From positions 192,001-256,000 of the forward strand of contig OY970194.1 in NCBI GenBank assembly GCA_963708075.1: a DNA stretch of 64,000 nucleotides, in the 5' to 3' direction. The position numbers were made by a program, and so were the translations under genes. Each line of letters begins with the position of its first letter. The first letter of the stretch is position 1. The DNA is from Sedimentisphaerales bacterium. Lineage in GTDB: Bacteria > Planctomycetota > Phycisphaerae > Sedimentisphaerales > Anaerobacaceae. Positions 1-10,749 of the stretch are shown here, piece after piece. The notes below the pieces were generated by a model. The model was not told where the DNA came from. It was given only the letters and a program-made list of their open reading frames with translations, and searched no databases.

Positions 1-2
1 GA

Positions 3-746
3 TACCATCACGCCTTTCCGGAAAAGGCAGCCGGCTTCTGCTACATCAACGACAACGCGCTCGCCTGCACCGCCCTTGCGGAAGCGGGCAAGCGGGTCTT
101 GTACCTGGACGTGGACGTGCACTACGGGGATGGAGTGGCTTACGCTTTCTACGGCCGCTCCGACGTGATGACGATCTCGCTGCACGAGAATCCGAAGATG
201 CTGTTCCCGGGAACGGGCTTTGAGGACGAGATCGGCGAGGGGGAGGGCCGGGGCTATTGCGTCAACCTGCCGCTGCCGGTAGGGACGTTCGATCAGGCGT
301 ACATCTATGCCTTCGATTCCGTCGTCATGCCTCTGATCAAGGCCTACCGCCCGGACGTGATTGTCTTCGAGCTGGGTGCCGATACGCTGGCCGGCGACCC
401 GCTCGCCCACCTGTACTTGACGAACAACACCTACGCAGATATCGTCGAGCGCCTGCTGCGATTCAACAAGCCGATCCTGATGACCGGCGGCGGCGGATAC
501 AACGTCGAGAACACGGTTCGTGCCTGGGCGCGGGCCTGGACGGTCCTTTCAGAGCAGGATACCACGCATGGCATGGAAGCGGCCGTCGGAGGAATCATGC
601 TTCAGAGCACAGATTGGCAGGGGGGCCTTCGCGACCGGGAACTTCCCGTCACGAGCCAGCAAAGAGATACGGTCCTATCTGCCCTTGATGTCTCCATAGA
701 GACAATCAAGGCCAAAGTCTTCCCGATCCATGGCCTGCGGCCATGA
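3..746 (+). CDS. Histone deacetylase family / acetoin utilization AcuC-like protein (5'-truncated by window edge)
   Basis: Frame open from base 3: YHHA..K.AGFCYIND, DVDVHYGDG, SLHE..FPGTG, GAD.L.GDPL and GGGGY motifs of class I HDAC/AcuC. Confidence 0.9.
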   Translation, partial: YHHAFPEKAAGFCYINDNALACTALAEAGKRVLYLDVDVHYGDGVAYAFYGRSDVMTISLHENPKMLFPGTGFEDEIGEGEGRGYCVNLPLPVGTFDQAYIYAFDSVVMPLIKAYRPDVIVFELGADTLAGDPLAHLYLTNNTYADIVERLLRFNKPILMTGGGGYNVENTVRAWARAWTVLSEQDTTHGMEAAVGGIMLQSTDWQGGLRDRELPVTSQQRDTVLSALDVSIETIKAKVFPIHGLRP

Positions 747-800
747 TTTGGAAACGGGACCAGGGGTGCCCTGATCCCGCCCCATATCACCTGAAATTCA

Positions 801-2081
801 CTATGCCGGCACAGCCACGAGCTTGGGCTGCGGTCGCTGGATAAGAAACGTCAGGGCGGTGCCGACGAGCAGGAGCACGCTCGCCACGATGAACGAGGAC
901 ATGTAGCTGCCTCCCGTGCCATCCGCATTCTTGCTGGCCTGATAGAGCATCTGCTGCACCCGTGGCAGTACGAAGCCCCCTACGCCCCAGGCGGTGAAGA
1001 GGACGCCGTAGTTCATGCCGAAGGTCTTCAGTCCCCACAGGTCCTTGGCGTAGGAGGGGAAGAGCGCCAGGTTTGCCCCGTAGTTGGCGCCAATGAGGGC
1101 GGCCAAAAGCACGATGACCACGGCTGCCATATCCTTCGAGGCGGTTACCGGAATGGCCACCAACATCAGCATCGCCTGAATGGTCAGGACCAGGCACAGC
1201 GTCCATCGTCGGCCGATCCTGTCGGAGAGCGTTCCTGCGAGGATGCGTCCGCCGGCATTGCCGATGGCCATGACCGCCACCGCCACGAACGCGAGTTCGC
1301 CCATGCTCTTCTTGGCCATGCCGCTGATACTTCCGATGACCATCAGCCCAGCGCCCGCACCGATGAAGTAGATCACCCACAGCAGATAGAACAGCGGCGA
1401 TCGCAGGATCTGGCCGGGGGTGACGTTGACGGCAGCAGATTTGGCCGGAGCATTTCCGCCGGCCGGCTTGGTACCGGCCACAAAACCCGCGGGCGGATTG
1501 ATCAGCCATTGCGCGAGACCACACACGATGGCCGTGAATGCAATACCCAGGATGAGCATGGTCTTCTGGACGCCGAAATGCCCCAGTAAATATTGCGAGG
1601 TCGGCGCCAGATACACCGGGGCCAGGCCGAAGCCCGCCACGACCAGTCCTGCGATGAGGCCGGTCTTTGCGGGCGGAAACCACTTGAGCGCAGGTGGCGT
1701 GGCCGAGGAGTAGCCGAAGCCGATACCGATGCCGGCCAGCACGCCGAAGCCGAGGAGCCATACGGCATAGCTGCTCGTGGTCGAGCAGAGCAAGAATCCC
1801 ACTCCAACCAGCAATCCGCCGATGGACGCGGTCAGACGCGGGCCGAATCGGTCCTGGCACCGACCGGCCAGGATCATCGCAAAGGCGAAGACCAGGCAGC
1901 ACAGGGCATAAGGGTCATTGAGCTGGTCGCCCTTCCAGCCGAAATCCTTCTCGATAGCGCCCTTGGTGAGGCTCCAGGCATAGAGGATGCCGAGGGCCAG
2001 GTTGATGCCGAGTCCGGCGAGGGTGACGATCCATCCGCGATTGGCGACAGGGGGTTGAAGTGTATCGGTGTGATCGGCCAT
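801..2081 (-). CDS. OFA (oxalate/formate antiporter) family MFS transporter
   Basis: About 12 hydrophobic segments; G..Y.WS, GR.QDRFGPR, KWFP.K.GL..G and G.NYG.LFTAWG motifs. Confidence 0.88.
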   Translation of the reverse strand: MADHTDTLQPPVANRGWIVTLAGLGINLALGILYAWSLTKGAIEKDFGWKGDQLNDPYALCCLVFAFAMILAGRCQDRFGPRLTASIGGLLVGVGFLLCSTTSSYAVWLLGFGVLAGIGIGFGYSSATPPALKWFPPAKTGLIAGLVVAGFGLAPVYLAPTSQYLLGHFGVQKTMLILGIAFTAIVCGLAQWLINPPAGFVAGTKPAGGNAPAKSAAVNVTPGQILRSPLFYLLWVIYFIGAGAGLMVIGSISGMAKKSMGELAFVAVAVMAIGNAGGRILAGTLSDRIGRRWTLCLVLTIQAMLMLVAIPVTASKDMAAVVIVLLAALIGANYGANLALFPSYAKDLWGLKTFGMNYGVLFTAWGVGGFVLPRVQQMLYQASKNADGTGGSYMSSFIVASVLLLVGTALTFLIQRPQPKLVAVPA

Positions 2082-2093
2082 AGACAATCCTTA

Positions 2094-2137
2094 AGAAAAA
2101 AAGCCGGACGCATAGCCATGTCGGTCATGCGTCCGGT
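2094..2137 (-). terminator. Intrinsic terminator between acs and the MFS gene
   Basis: Minus strand CCGGACGCAT...ATGCGTCCGG hairpin followed by a T7 tract. Confidence 0.65.
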
Positions 2138-2159
2138 CCACAGTTGCTGAATCGAGAAA

Positions 2160-4139
2160 CTACTTGCCTCGGCCTTTGACCAGGGCCTCGACGACACTGG
2201 GATCGGCCAGGGTGGTGATGTCACCGAGATTGTCGGTGCTGTTCTCTGCGATCTTGCGCAGGATGCGCCGCATGATCTTGCCCGAGCGAGTCTTTGGCAG
2301 CGCGGGGGCGAACTGGATCACTTCCGGCATGGCGATCGGGCCGATCTCCTTGCGCACGTGCATGACGAGTTCCTTCTTGAGCTCGTCGCTCTCGTGGACG
2401 CCTTCCTTGAGCGTCACGAAGGCGTACAGGGCCTGCCCCTTGATCTCATGCGGCATGGGCGTAACGGCCGCTTCGGCCACTTTCGCGTGGCTGACCAGGG
2501 CGCTTTCGACCTCGGCGGTGCCGATGCGGTGGCCGGAGACGTTGACGACGTCATCGATACGGCCCATCAGCCAGTAATCGCCGTCCTGATCGACGCGGCA
2601 CCCGTCGCCCGTGAAGTACTGATCCGCAAACATCGTGAAGTAGGTATCGATGAAGCGATCGTGATCGCCCCACATCGTTCGCATCATGCCCGGCCAGGGC
2701 TTGCGGATGCATAGCTTGCCGCCCTCGTTGGCGCCGCACTCTGTGCCATCGTCGCGCAGCACGACCGGATCGACGCCGGGGAAGGGCTTGGTCGCGCTGC
2801 CCGGCTTGAGGGTAAACGCGCCCGGCAGCGGCGTGATCAGAATGCCGCCGGTCTCCGTCTGCCACCAGGTATCGACGATCGGGCACTTCTCGTGGCCGAT
2901 GTGCTTGTAGTACCAGATCCAGGCCTCCGGGTTGATCGGCTCGCCGACCGAGCCCAGGACCCGCATCGTATCGAGCTTGTACTTGGCGGGCCATTCATCG
3001 CCCAGACGCATCAGCGAGCGAATCGCCGTGGGGGCGGTGTAGAACACCGTGACACCAAACTTGTCGCAGATCTGCCAGAACCGGCCGGCGTCCGGATATG
3101 TGGGCACGCCCTCGAACATCAGCGAGGTGGCCCCGTTGGCCAGCGGCCCGTAAACGATGTAGCTGTGTCCGGTCACCCAGCCGATATCGGCGGTGCACCA
3201 GTACACATCCTTGTCGTGAACGTCAAAAATGACTTTGTGGCTGAACGCAACGTGCAGCAGGTACCCGGCGGTGGTGTGCACGACGCCCTTTGGCTTGCCG
3301 GTCGAGCCCGAGGTGTACAGGATGAACAGCGGGTCCTCCGCGTTCATCTTCTCGGCGTCGCACTTATCGTTTACGTTGGCCATCTCATCGCTGTACAAAG
3401 TGTCACGGCCCGGCTGCATATGGCACGGATCGTCGGTAACCTTCACGACGATGACGCTCTCGATGGAAGGTGTCTTCCGCAAAGCTTCATCGGCGATATT
3501 CTTCAGCGGGATGTGCTTGCCGGCACGCAACGAGACATTCGCCGTGACCAGCATCTTGCACTCGGAGTCGTTGATGCGTCCTTCCAGGGCGTCGGCGCTG
3601 AAGCCGCCGAACACGATGGAATGGATCGCGCCGATGCGCGTGCAGGCGAGCATCACGATCGGCAGCTCCGGGATCATAGGCATGTAGATCGCCACGCGGT
3701 CGCCCTTGCGGACGCCCTTGGCCTTCAGAACATTGGCGAATTTGCAGACTTCCTTGTGCAGTTGCTCGTAGGTGTACTTCCTGACGGCCGCGTCCTCTTC
3801 GCCCTGCCAGATCAAGGCCGTCTTCTTGGCGGTCGGCGTGCCCAGGTGGCGATCGAGGCAGTTCACGGACACGTTGAGCTGGCCGTCGGCGAACCATGTG
3901 TGCTCAATCTTGCGGGCGGCCGTGTCCCACGTATATTCCAGGCTTTTCGTCGGCTTCTTGAACCACGTAAGCGATTTCGCCTGTTCCAGCCAGAAGTTGT
4001 CGGGATCATTAATGGATTGCTCCCACATCTTCCTGTACTGATCCACGCTGGATATATAGGCGGTCTTCTTGATGCGCTCCGTCGGCGGAAACACACGCGT
4101 CTCCGTCATCAGAGAGCTAATCGCTCTTTCTTGGGCCAT
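2160..4139 (-). CDS. acs: Acetate--CoA ligase (acetyl-CoA synthetase)
   Basis: [14 protein letters not shown]-binding motif, [21 protein letters not shown] (acetylatable Lys); 659 aa. Confidence 0.97.
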   Translation of the reverse strand: MAQERAISSLMTETRVFPPTERIKKTAYISSVDQYRKMWEQSINDPDNFWLEQAKSLTWFKKPTKSLEYTWDTAARKIEHTWFADGQLNVSVNCLDRHLGTPTAKKTALIWQGEEDAAVRKYTYEQLHKEVCKFANVLKAKGVRKGDRVAIYMPMIPELPIVMLACTRIGAIHSIVFGGFSADALEGRINDSECKMLVTANVSLRAGKHIPLKNIADEALRKTPSIESVIVVKVTDDPCHMQPGRDTLYSDEMANVNDKCDAEKMNAEDPLFILYTSGSTGKPKGVVHTTAGYLLHVAFSHKVIFDVHDKDVYWCTADIGWVTGHSYIVYGPLANGATSLMFEGVPTYPDAGRFWQICDKFGVTVFYTAPTAIRSLMRLGDEWPAKYKLDTMRVLGSVGEPINPEAWIWYYKHIGHEKCPIVDTWWQTETGGILITPLPGAFTLKPGSATKPFPGVDPVVLRDDGTECGANEGGKLCIRKPWPGMMRTMWGDHDRFIDTYFTMFADQYFTGDGCRVDQDGDYWLMGRIDDVVNVSGHRIGTAEVESALVSHAKVAEAAVTPMPHEIKGQALYAFVTLKEGVHESDELKKELVMHVRKEIGPIAMPEVIQFAPALPKTRSGKIMRRILRKIAENSTDNLGDITTLADPSVVEALVKGRGK

Positions 4140-4278
4140 AGCATTCTCCTTCTGTGATTAATCTGTTCGTGCAAACAACTTCGCTCACATTCCCCGCGGG
4201 CGAACTCCAGACTATCAAACAGACCACGGCAGATAACCCTGCCGCAGGGCCCACGGGGGCATGGGGTGTAAACCCAAC

Positions 4279-4307
4279 TTTATAAAGTTCGGGCCGGCGG
4301 CTGTCAA
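4279..4307 (-). promoter_or_regulatory. Sigma70-type promoter for acs
   Basis: TTGACA-N17-TATAAA on minus strand about 140 bp upstream of the acs start. Confidence 0.65.
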
Positions 4308-4329
4308 AAGAAAAACATGCAGTTGCCGC

Positions 4330-4569
4330 TCAGAACTTGCGGATCAAGGATGCCTCCGCCCGGACGTCGTCGGCCTCGCCGGAACTGCCGTCATCTGTGC
4401 GCCAGCGGGATAGCTCCAACCCGACGTTCACGTGCCTGTTCAATGCGTACAGTACGTCGCTGGAAATGGCGCGGTTCAGCGTGCCGCCGCCCGGGCTCAC
4501 GTCGTCGGCGCCCGCGTCATCGAGGGCCGCGCCGGCATTGAAAGTCCACTTATCCTACGGTCCAAGTGT
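4330..4569 (-). pseudogene. C-terminal remnant of an outer-membrane beta-barrel porin (DcaP-like)
   Basis: Reads TLGP*DKWTFNAGAALDD...LYALNRHVNVGLELSRWRTD...RAEASLIRKF*; amphipathic strands, terminal Phe, in-frame TAG, no N-terminus. Confidence 0.55.
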
Positions 4570-4598
4570 GAAAGTTGGGATCCGCAATGAGGCTGCTG

Positions 4599-6392
4599 CT
4601 ACTCCCGGAGTTTTTGAACCGCTTCCGTATGATGGGTCAGGAGGTACTGTTTGGCCGGGCCGCCGAGATGCTCCCAGGGCAGGATTTCGGCGGGATCGAA
4701 TTGTCTTTGCGCCAGGGCGTCGAGGTCCAGGCCGGACTCGGTGAACGCGGTCCGCCATATCTGGTAATTGAAAACGTCGTCCCACAGGTCGAAACGGGCG
4801 CCGGCCCGCCACGCGGCTTCGATCACGTCGGCGCATCGCCTGTCACTCCGGCCGATGGCCGATTCCAGGACGCTTCGGTCCATGTCGTGGAACTTGAACT
4901 GCAGGTACTTCGCCCGCAGACGCAGTTTCTCATCGAGGATCAATCGCCGCGCCTGCTCGAAATAGGACCTCGGGCTTTGCGGCAGCCATTGAAGCGGCGT
5001 GTGGGGTTTCGGGACGAACCAGCTCACCGTGATATTGATCTGGCCCGTCTTGCGATCGATGGTCCTTCGCAGCCTGGCTAATCGATCCGATAAATCGACG
5101 ATCGCTGCGACATCGTCCAAGGTCTCGCCGGGCAGGCCGACCATGAAGTACAACTTGAGCTTTTGCCAGCCGCTCTTATAGGCTTCCTCGACGGTTGCGA
5201 ACAGGTCGCCGTCTTTGAGGGGTTTGTGGATGATTTGCCGCAGCCTCTCGCTGGCTGCCTCGACGGCGATGGTCAGGCCGCTCTTACGCACCGAGGTGAA
5301 GAGCTTCGGCACAAGCTTCAACTGCTGGTCCACCCGCAGGCTTGGAATGGACAGGCCGACGTGCTTGTCCTCGAAATACTTGTGAAGCCGCACGGTGAGG
5401 TCCTCCAGGTGCGGGTAGTCGGCTGTGGACAGGCTCAGCAGGCTCACCGTATCGAATCCGCTCGCTGCATAGGACGCCTTGGCCAGTTCAAGTACCTTGT
5501 CCGCACTGCGAGTGCGGATTGGCCGGCGGCAATAGCTGGCCTGGCAGAACCGGCATCGGCCCGGACAGCCTCGCATGATTTCCACGCTGACCCGCTCGTG
5601 TACGGCCTCGACGTACGGCACGATCGGGGCGGTCGGGACCGGCGCATTCTCGAAATCCTCTACAACTGCATTCTCCAGCCGGGTCCGCAGGCCGGGTTGC
5701 GTGACATTGATGCTTGCGATATGCGAGTTGTCGCATGTGAACTCGTAGAATTGGGGCACGTAGGCCCACTCGAACCGCTTCGCTGCTTCAAGCAACATTT
5801 GCTCTCTGCTTTGCCCGGCCTTCTTCGCTGCAAGGAGCAGGCCCGCAAGTTCCGCAACAGCCTCCTCGCCCTCGCCAAGAACGAACAGGTCGATAAACGG
5901 TGCTATCGGCTCGCAGCAGTTCGCCATGCCGCCGCCGGCGATGATGAGCGGATCGCCCTCGCCTCGCTGGTCCCGGCGAACCTGGAGTTCCGCCAGATCG
6001 AGCGCGTTCAGGACGTTCGTGTAGCACAGCTCGTTCGTCAGGCTGAAGCCGATCACGTCGAAGCTGCGCAGGGACGCTCTCGATTCGAGGCTGAACAGGG
6101 GAATCTGTTTCTGCCGGAGGACTTGTTCGGCGTCCATCCAGGGCGAAAACACTCGCTCTGCGGCGACCCCGTCCAGATCGTTGAGAATATGGTAGAGGAT
6201 GGCCAGTCCGGAGTTGGACATGCCGACCTCATAAACGTCGGGAAAGCACAGGGCAACCGTCAACTCGGCCTTGCCCAAGTCTTTCCTGACCTGGTTGACC
6301 TCGCCCCCGATGTAGCGGCCCGGCCGAGTCACGTGGGGTAGGAACTCCCGCTCCACGCGATCGCCTAACATCTCTATCATTCTTTCTTTCAT
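4599..6392 (-). CDS. B12-binding radical SAM protein (TIGR03960-like)
   Basis: FPDVYEVGMSN, AERVFSPW and RGCPGRCRFC (CxxxCxxC) motifs. Confidence 0.9.
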   Translation of the reverse strand: MKERMIEMLGDRVEREFLPHVTRPGRYIGGEVNQVRKDLGKAELTVALCFPDVYEVGMSNSGLAILYHILNDLDGVAAERVFSPWMDAEQVLRQKQIPLFSLESRASLRSFDVIGFSLTNELCYTNVLNALDLAELQVRRDQRGEGDPLIIAGGGMANCCEPIAPFIDLFVLGEGEEAVAELAGLLLAAKKAGQSREQMLLEAAKRFEWAYVPQFYEFTCDNSHIASINVTQPGLRTRLENAVVEDFENAPVPTAPIVPYVEAVHERVSVEIMRGCPGRCRFCQASYCRRPIRTRSADKVLELAKASYAASGFDTVSLLSLSTADYPHLEDLTVRLHKYFEDKHVGLSIPSLRVDQQLKLVPKLFTSVRKSGLTIAVEAASERLRQIIHKPLKDGDLFATVEEAYKSGWQKLKLYFMVGLPGETLDDVAAIVDLSDRLARLRRTIDRKTGQINITVSWFVPKPHTPLQWLPQSPRSYFEQARRLILDEKLRLRAKYLQFKFHDMDRSVLESAIGRSDRRCADVIEAAWRAGARFDLWDDVFNYQIWRTAFTESGLDLDALAQRQFDPAEILPWEHLGGPAKQYLLTHHTEAVQKLRE

Positions 6393-6412
6393 GCGGGTAT
6401 TATAAAGAGAGT

Positions 6413-7456
6413 ATGAAAATTAACATCCGTTTTGTTTTCCTTGCTTTTGCCGCGGTCGTGCTGCTCTATCTCATGTACGCCCGCATGACCGAGTCGGGTT
6501 CGGTCCAGCTCGACAGCGGCCACCGCGTGGTCATGGGCACGTTCTCCCGTGTGGTTGTTATCGCCGGCAGCGAGCGGGCGGCCAGGAAATGCGTGGAGGC
6601 CGCCTTCGAAGTGCAGCGGCGGATCGAAGAGCTGATGAGCTATCAGCGCGAGGATTCCGAGCTGAGCAGGATCAATCGCGAGGCCGCCGACAAGCCGGTC
6701 CCCGTAAGTCCACTGACGTTCGAAGTCCTCCAGAAGTCAGTCCAGTTCAGCAAGCTCTCCGATGGGGCATTCGATGTCACGGTGGGCCCGCTGATGGACC
6801 TGTGGAAAGCAGCGGGGGAGGCCAATGAGCCTCCCACCGAGGAGGCGCTGGCCGAGGCGCGCGGCAAAGTCGGCTACGAGAAACTGATCCTCGACGAGAA
6901 GAATCTGACTGTCCGTTTTGCCGTCAAGGGTATGAGGATCGATCTCGGCGGCATCGGTAAGGGCTACGCGGTGGATAGGTCGGTCGAGGCGATCAAGAAA
7001 CGCGGGGCCATCGGTGCAATGGTCGATCTCGGCGGCAACATCCGCTGCTTCGGCCAGCCCCCGCGCGGACAGGAGCACTGGCGGGTCGGCCTGCAAGACC
7101 CGAACGTGAGCCCGGACGAAATGGACGATTCAAAGATCCTGCTGATTTTGGCCCTCACAGACCAAAGCGTTGCCACGAGCGGCGACTACCGAAGATTCGT
7201 CGAAGTCCAGGGCGCAAAGCAAAGCCACATCATCGACACCGGCACCGGCAAGGGAGCGAACAAGCTGGTCAGCGACACGATCATCGCCCCCGACGCTACA
7301 ACCGCTGACGCCCTCTCCACCGCCGTCAACGTCCTCGGCCCCGAAAAAGGCCTCGCCCTGATCGAGCGTCTCCCCAACGTCGAAGCCATCCTCATCCCCG
7401 CCGACGACCCCACCCACCCCATCTTCAGCACCGGCGCAAAAGCCTATGTAGAATAA
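6413..7456 (+). CDS. apbE: FAD:protein FMN transferase
   Basis: MGT, GAFDVTVGPL, DLGGIGKGYAVD, ATSGDY, SHIID and ADALSTA motifs; near the rnf operon. Confidence 0.93.
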   Translation: MKINIRFVFLAFAAVVLLYLMYARMTESGSVQLDSGHRVVMGTFSRVVVIAGSERAARKCVEAAFEVQRRIEELMSYQREDSELSRINREAADKPVPVSPLTFEVLQKSVQFSKLSDGAFDVTVGPLMDLWKAAGEANEPPTEEALAEARGKVGYEKLILDEKNLTVRFAVKGMRIDLGGIGKGYAVDRSVEAIKKRGAIGAMVDLGGNIRCFGQPPRGQEHWRVGLQDPNVSPDEMDDSKILLILALTDQSVATSGDYRRFVEVQGAKQSHIIDTGTGKGANKLVSDTIIAPDATTADALSTAVNVLGPEKGLALIERLPNVEAILIPADDPTHPIFSTGAKAYVE

Positions 7457-7478
7457 GCCCCCCCTTGCTTGGGCAGTC

Positions 7479-9719
7479 CTATGGCTGCTTGTCGCGCTCC
7501 CAACTCAGTCGCGGATAGTCTTGCCCCTCCAGAATCGACCACATATCCTCCGTTCCATTTCGTGTTTCATCCACAAAATCCCATCCGGCGTCGAGGAACG
7601 TTGCGGCTACTTTCATCTCTGACGTGGTCCTGCCGATACCGCCGGCGCTGCTCTGTTGACCACTAGTTTGGATATCCCAGAAGCATGCTGTGACTGTGCC
7701 AAGATCATTCCTTCCCACAAGACCGCCGCAATCGGTCTTCCCTAAAACCCGCCCGGCAGAATAGCAATTAACGATTGTGTTGTCGCTGGATGATGCACGT
7801 CCCACCAGCCCGCCGACCCTGCCGTCTGCGGAGACACTGCCCGTGGCGTAACAATCCTTGCATGCACCAGAATTTATTCCTGCCAAACCTCCCACTTCGA
7901 GTTGCCCGCTCGCATCGCCGTCTGCGTGGCAGTCAGAAAGCATTGCCGAATAGCCGTTCATACCTACCAGCCCACCGATGGCCGTTTGTCCCGCGACGAT
8001 AGTATTGGAACTGCAGTTCACGAGACGGGCCAGAATCACACCCGCTCCATTGAAGGGCGTGCCATTTTGACCGACCAAGCCTCCGACAATGGCTCTGCCG
8101 GAAACGCGGCCTCCCTCCACGTGACAGTTGCGAAGTGTTCCTCGCCACATCCGGCCTGCGAGGGAACCGACGTTCTTCGTCTTGGCGCCACCGACCATCG
8201 GGTCCACCAGTCTGACATTTCGCACCTCCGCAGCATCACCCGTGACGATACCGAACAGTCCTATGTCTTGCGATTCGACGCCCACGCAGGTGAGGTTTGA
8301 GATAGTGAAGTTCCCTCCATCGAACACGCCCTCAAACGCATATTCGTTGTTGCCTATTGGATAGAAATGCACACCACTGAGATCGATATCATCGATCACT
8401 TTGAGATGGGCACCCATCAGTCTTGGATTGTGCCCGATGCTGTTCAACTGCTCTGCGGTTGCGATCAGGTAGGGGTCGCCCGCGGTGCCTGTCCCGCCGG
8501 AAAATGCGAGTTTCGGCGGTTCCGGAAGCTGCCACCAAAGGATCGGATAACCTCCGCCGGCGGGCTCGGCCCAAACGTCGCCCGGGCCATCGGACTTGCC
8601 CACGAAATTCCACCCTGCGGCCATGAACATGTTGGGATCTCGCATCTCCGCTGTGGTCTTGCCCGTGAGTATCGTCACTTGGTCCTGCGAATCGAAGATC
8701 TCGGCATGCCAGAAGGAGGCCGTGACTCTCATTTCGATATCCGTAGGCGCGCCGACGAATCCTCCTGCATACCTTCTCCCGGTGATGCGAGCAACCGAGT
8801 AGCAGTTGGTGATGGCAAACATCCCGCCGTATCCTAACAGTCCGCCGACACGTTCGTCGCCTGTCACGTCACCCACGAAATAGCAGTTGATGAACATGCT
8901 GCTACCGGGGAATCCTGCCGTGCCGACGAGGCCGCCGACCTTGTCCTTGCCTGTCACTTCGCACGCGGCAAAGCACCGGTCAAATAAACCAAACGAGCTG
9001 TCGCCCACAAGGCCCCCGGCGATGGAGAACTCTGCCGACACATGCCCAGTGCACGAGCAATCTCGAATCGTTACGTATGCTTCATCGCCCGGCTGCATAA
9101 AACCGCTTCTTCCGACCAAGCCTCCGACGTTTCCCCAGCGACCATGGACATCCGTATTCTCCGCATGGCAGTTGATGAGATTCCCTTGCCTGAGATATCC
9201 TACCAGTGATCCCGTGTTTTCTCCCGTGTATATGTCAATCCGAGGGGCGATGAGTCTCACGTTGCGGATCTCTGCATTGGGGTCAGCCACCGTTCCGAAT
9301 AGTCCGACATCCCCACGTACTGGTGACGTATAAACGAAGTTGAATATGGTGTGATCATCGCCATCGAAGACGCCTCTGAACGGGCCAATTGGATTGGCGT
9401 CGTCTGCCGCACGTATAGACCGATCGTCGGATGCAGCGAGGGTGCCTCTGGTGTGGACTTCCTGGGCGGTGCCTATGATATTGAACGGGACACCTCCGAG
9501 GCTCGCCAGGTCGATGTCCGCCATGAGTCTGAAGTGCTTGTCCCAGTCGCCGGGATTGGTGCCGATGGCGTTCATTTGCTCAGCGGTGTAGATCAGATAA
9601 GGATCGTTAGGATCGCCGGTACCGCCGCCATATTTCGCGTGGGCAGGGATGGCGGGAAGGCCGAACACGATGAGTATAAGAGCCGTTTTCAGGACACAAA
9701 AGCCTCTCGTTGCTGCCAT
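7479..9719 (-). CDS. Secreted GLUG-motif repeat protein
   Basis: Signal peptide; two GGTG...DPYLI.TAEQ modules with repeated VGGLVG; start placed at MAATRG behind an RBS-like GGGAG. Confidence 0.85.
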   Translation of the reverse strand: MAATRGFCVLKTALILIVFGLPAIPAHAKYGGGTGDPNDPYLIYTAEQMNAIGTNPGDWDKHFRLMADIDLASLGGVPFNIIGTAQEVHTRGTLAASDDRSIRAADDANPIGPFRGVFDGDDHTIFNFVYTSPVRGDVGLFGTVADPNAEIRNVRLIAPRIDIYTGENTGSLVGYLRQGNLINCHAENTDVHGRWGNVGGLVGRSGFMQPGDEAYVTIRDCSCTGHVSAEFSIAGGLVGDSSFGLFDRCFAACEVTGKDKVGGLVGTAGFPGSSMFINCYFVGDVTGDERVGGLLGYGGMFAITNCYSVARITGRRYAGGFVGAPTDIEMRVTASFWHAEIFDSQDQVTILTGKTTAEMRDPNMFMAAGWNFVGKSDGPGDVWAEPAGGGYPILWWQLPEPPKLAFSGGTGTAGDPYLIATAEQLNSIGHNPRLMGAHLKVIDDIDLSGVHFYPIGNNEYAFEGVFDGGNFTISNLTCVGVESQDIGLFGIVTGDAAEVRNVRLVDPMVGGAKTKNVGSLAGRMWRGTLRNCHVEGGRVSGRAIVGGLVGQNGTPFNGAGVILARLVNCSSNTIVAGQTAIGGLVGMNGYSAMLSDCHADGDASGQLEVGGLAGINSGACKDCYATGSVSADGRVGGLVGRASSSDNTIVNCYSAGRVLGKTDCGGLVGRNDLGTVTACFWDIQTSGQQSSAGGIGRTTSEMKVAATFLDAGWDFVDETRNGTEDMWSILEGQDYPRLSWERDKQP

Positions 9720-9864
9720 GGTTGATCTCCCTTCCTTTCCTCGATCCTGGCTCGACTGCCCGGGAACACAGACAGTATAGCAGATGAGGCGTGTCTGAGT
9801 CAATGGCGAGAGAAAACGCGGATAGTACGACTCAGCGAAAGGTCGTTGGAGTGCGTGCGCCTTT

Positions 9865-10749
9865 CTATGTTTTGCCTGCGGCGGGTTGTTTGGCTTTGGG
9901 GTCGCGGGGGGCGGGGGCGGTCTTGCCTCGGTAGACGATGGCGCCGGTGGGACACTTGTTGCAGGCGGCTTCGGTCTGGCCGGAGGGCTCGTATTTGGCG
10001 AAATCCAGGTGGGCGAAGTTGTCCTCGACCTTGAAAGCGTCGCACTGTTTGGCGCACAGGCCGCAGCCGATGCAGCCGACCTGGCAGAATTCCCGCGTCG
10101 GCCTGCCGCTCTCACGGCTGCTGCAGGCGACGACCATCATGTTCTCGTGGGCAAAGGGGACCATCCGGATCAGGTTTCGCGGGCAGGCCTTCGAGCAGGC
10201 GGCGCAGCCGGTGCACTTGCTGTAATCGACCGTGGCCAGACCATCGACGACGTGCAGAGCGCCGAACTTGCAGGCGCGGGTGCAATCGCCGAATGCAAGG
10301 CAGCCGAACTTGCAGGCCTGGGTATTGGCCAGCGCATTGACTGCGGTGCAGCTTTGTATGCCGTAGTAGTGACCGTGAAAGGTCCTGTCGCCCGTGTGAG
10401 CGCGGCAATGCACGACCGGCCGTAAGGGCGGGCCGGGATGGCTGATCTGGATGTTTAGAATCGCTGCGATCTTTGCCGCCACCTCGGGGCCTCCCGGAGC
10501 GCATTTGCCCAACAACTGCGGATCATTCCGGACCGCGGGGGCGTACTGCCCGCACCCTGCGAACCCGCATGCACCGCATTCCACATGAGGAAGGACCGCG
10601 TGAATCTGCTCGATCTGCGGGTCCACCTGCACTTTCAGTCTCTCGCTGGCGATCAACAGGACAATTGCAAAGGCCAGGCCAAGCCCCAGCATGATCAAAC
10701 CGGCGGGCCACGCGGCATTCCAGAGTTCCAGTATCGTAAGAAGGATCAT
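9865..10749 (-). CDS. rnfB: Rnf complex subunit B
   Basis: N-terminal TM, CGACGFAGC and multiple 4Fe-4S CxxCxxCxxxC motifs. Confidence 0.93.
   Translation of the reverse strand: MILLTILELWNAAWPAGLIMLGLGLAFAIVLLIASERLKVQVDPQIEQIHAVLPHVECGACGFAGCGQYAPAVRNDPQLLGKCAPGGPEVAAKIAAILNIQISHPGPPLRPVVHCRAHTGDRTFHGHYYGIQSCTAVNALANTQACKFGCLAFGDCTRACKFGALHVVDGLATVDYSKCTGCAACSKACPRNLIRMVPFAHENMMVVACSSRESGRPTREFCQVGCIGCGLCAKQCDAFKVEDNFAHLDFAKYEPSGQTEAACNKCPTGAIVYRGKTAPAPRDPKAKQPAAGKT

Noticed and set aside
9720..10115. N-terminal extension of the GLUG ORF overlapping rnfB
   Set aside because: Alternative-frame read-through of rnfB; the signal peptide and RBS support a start at 9719.
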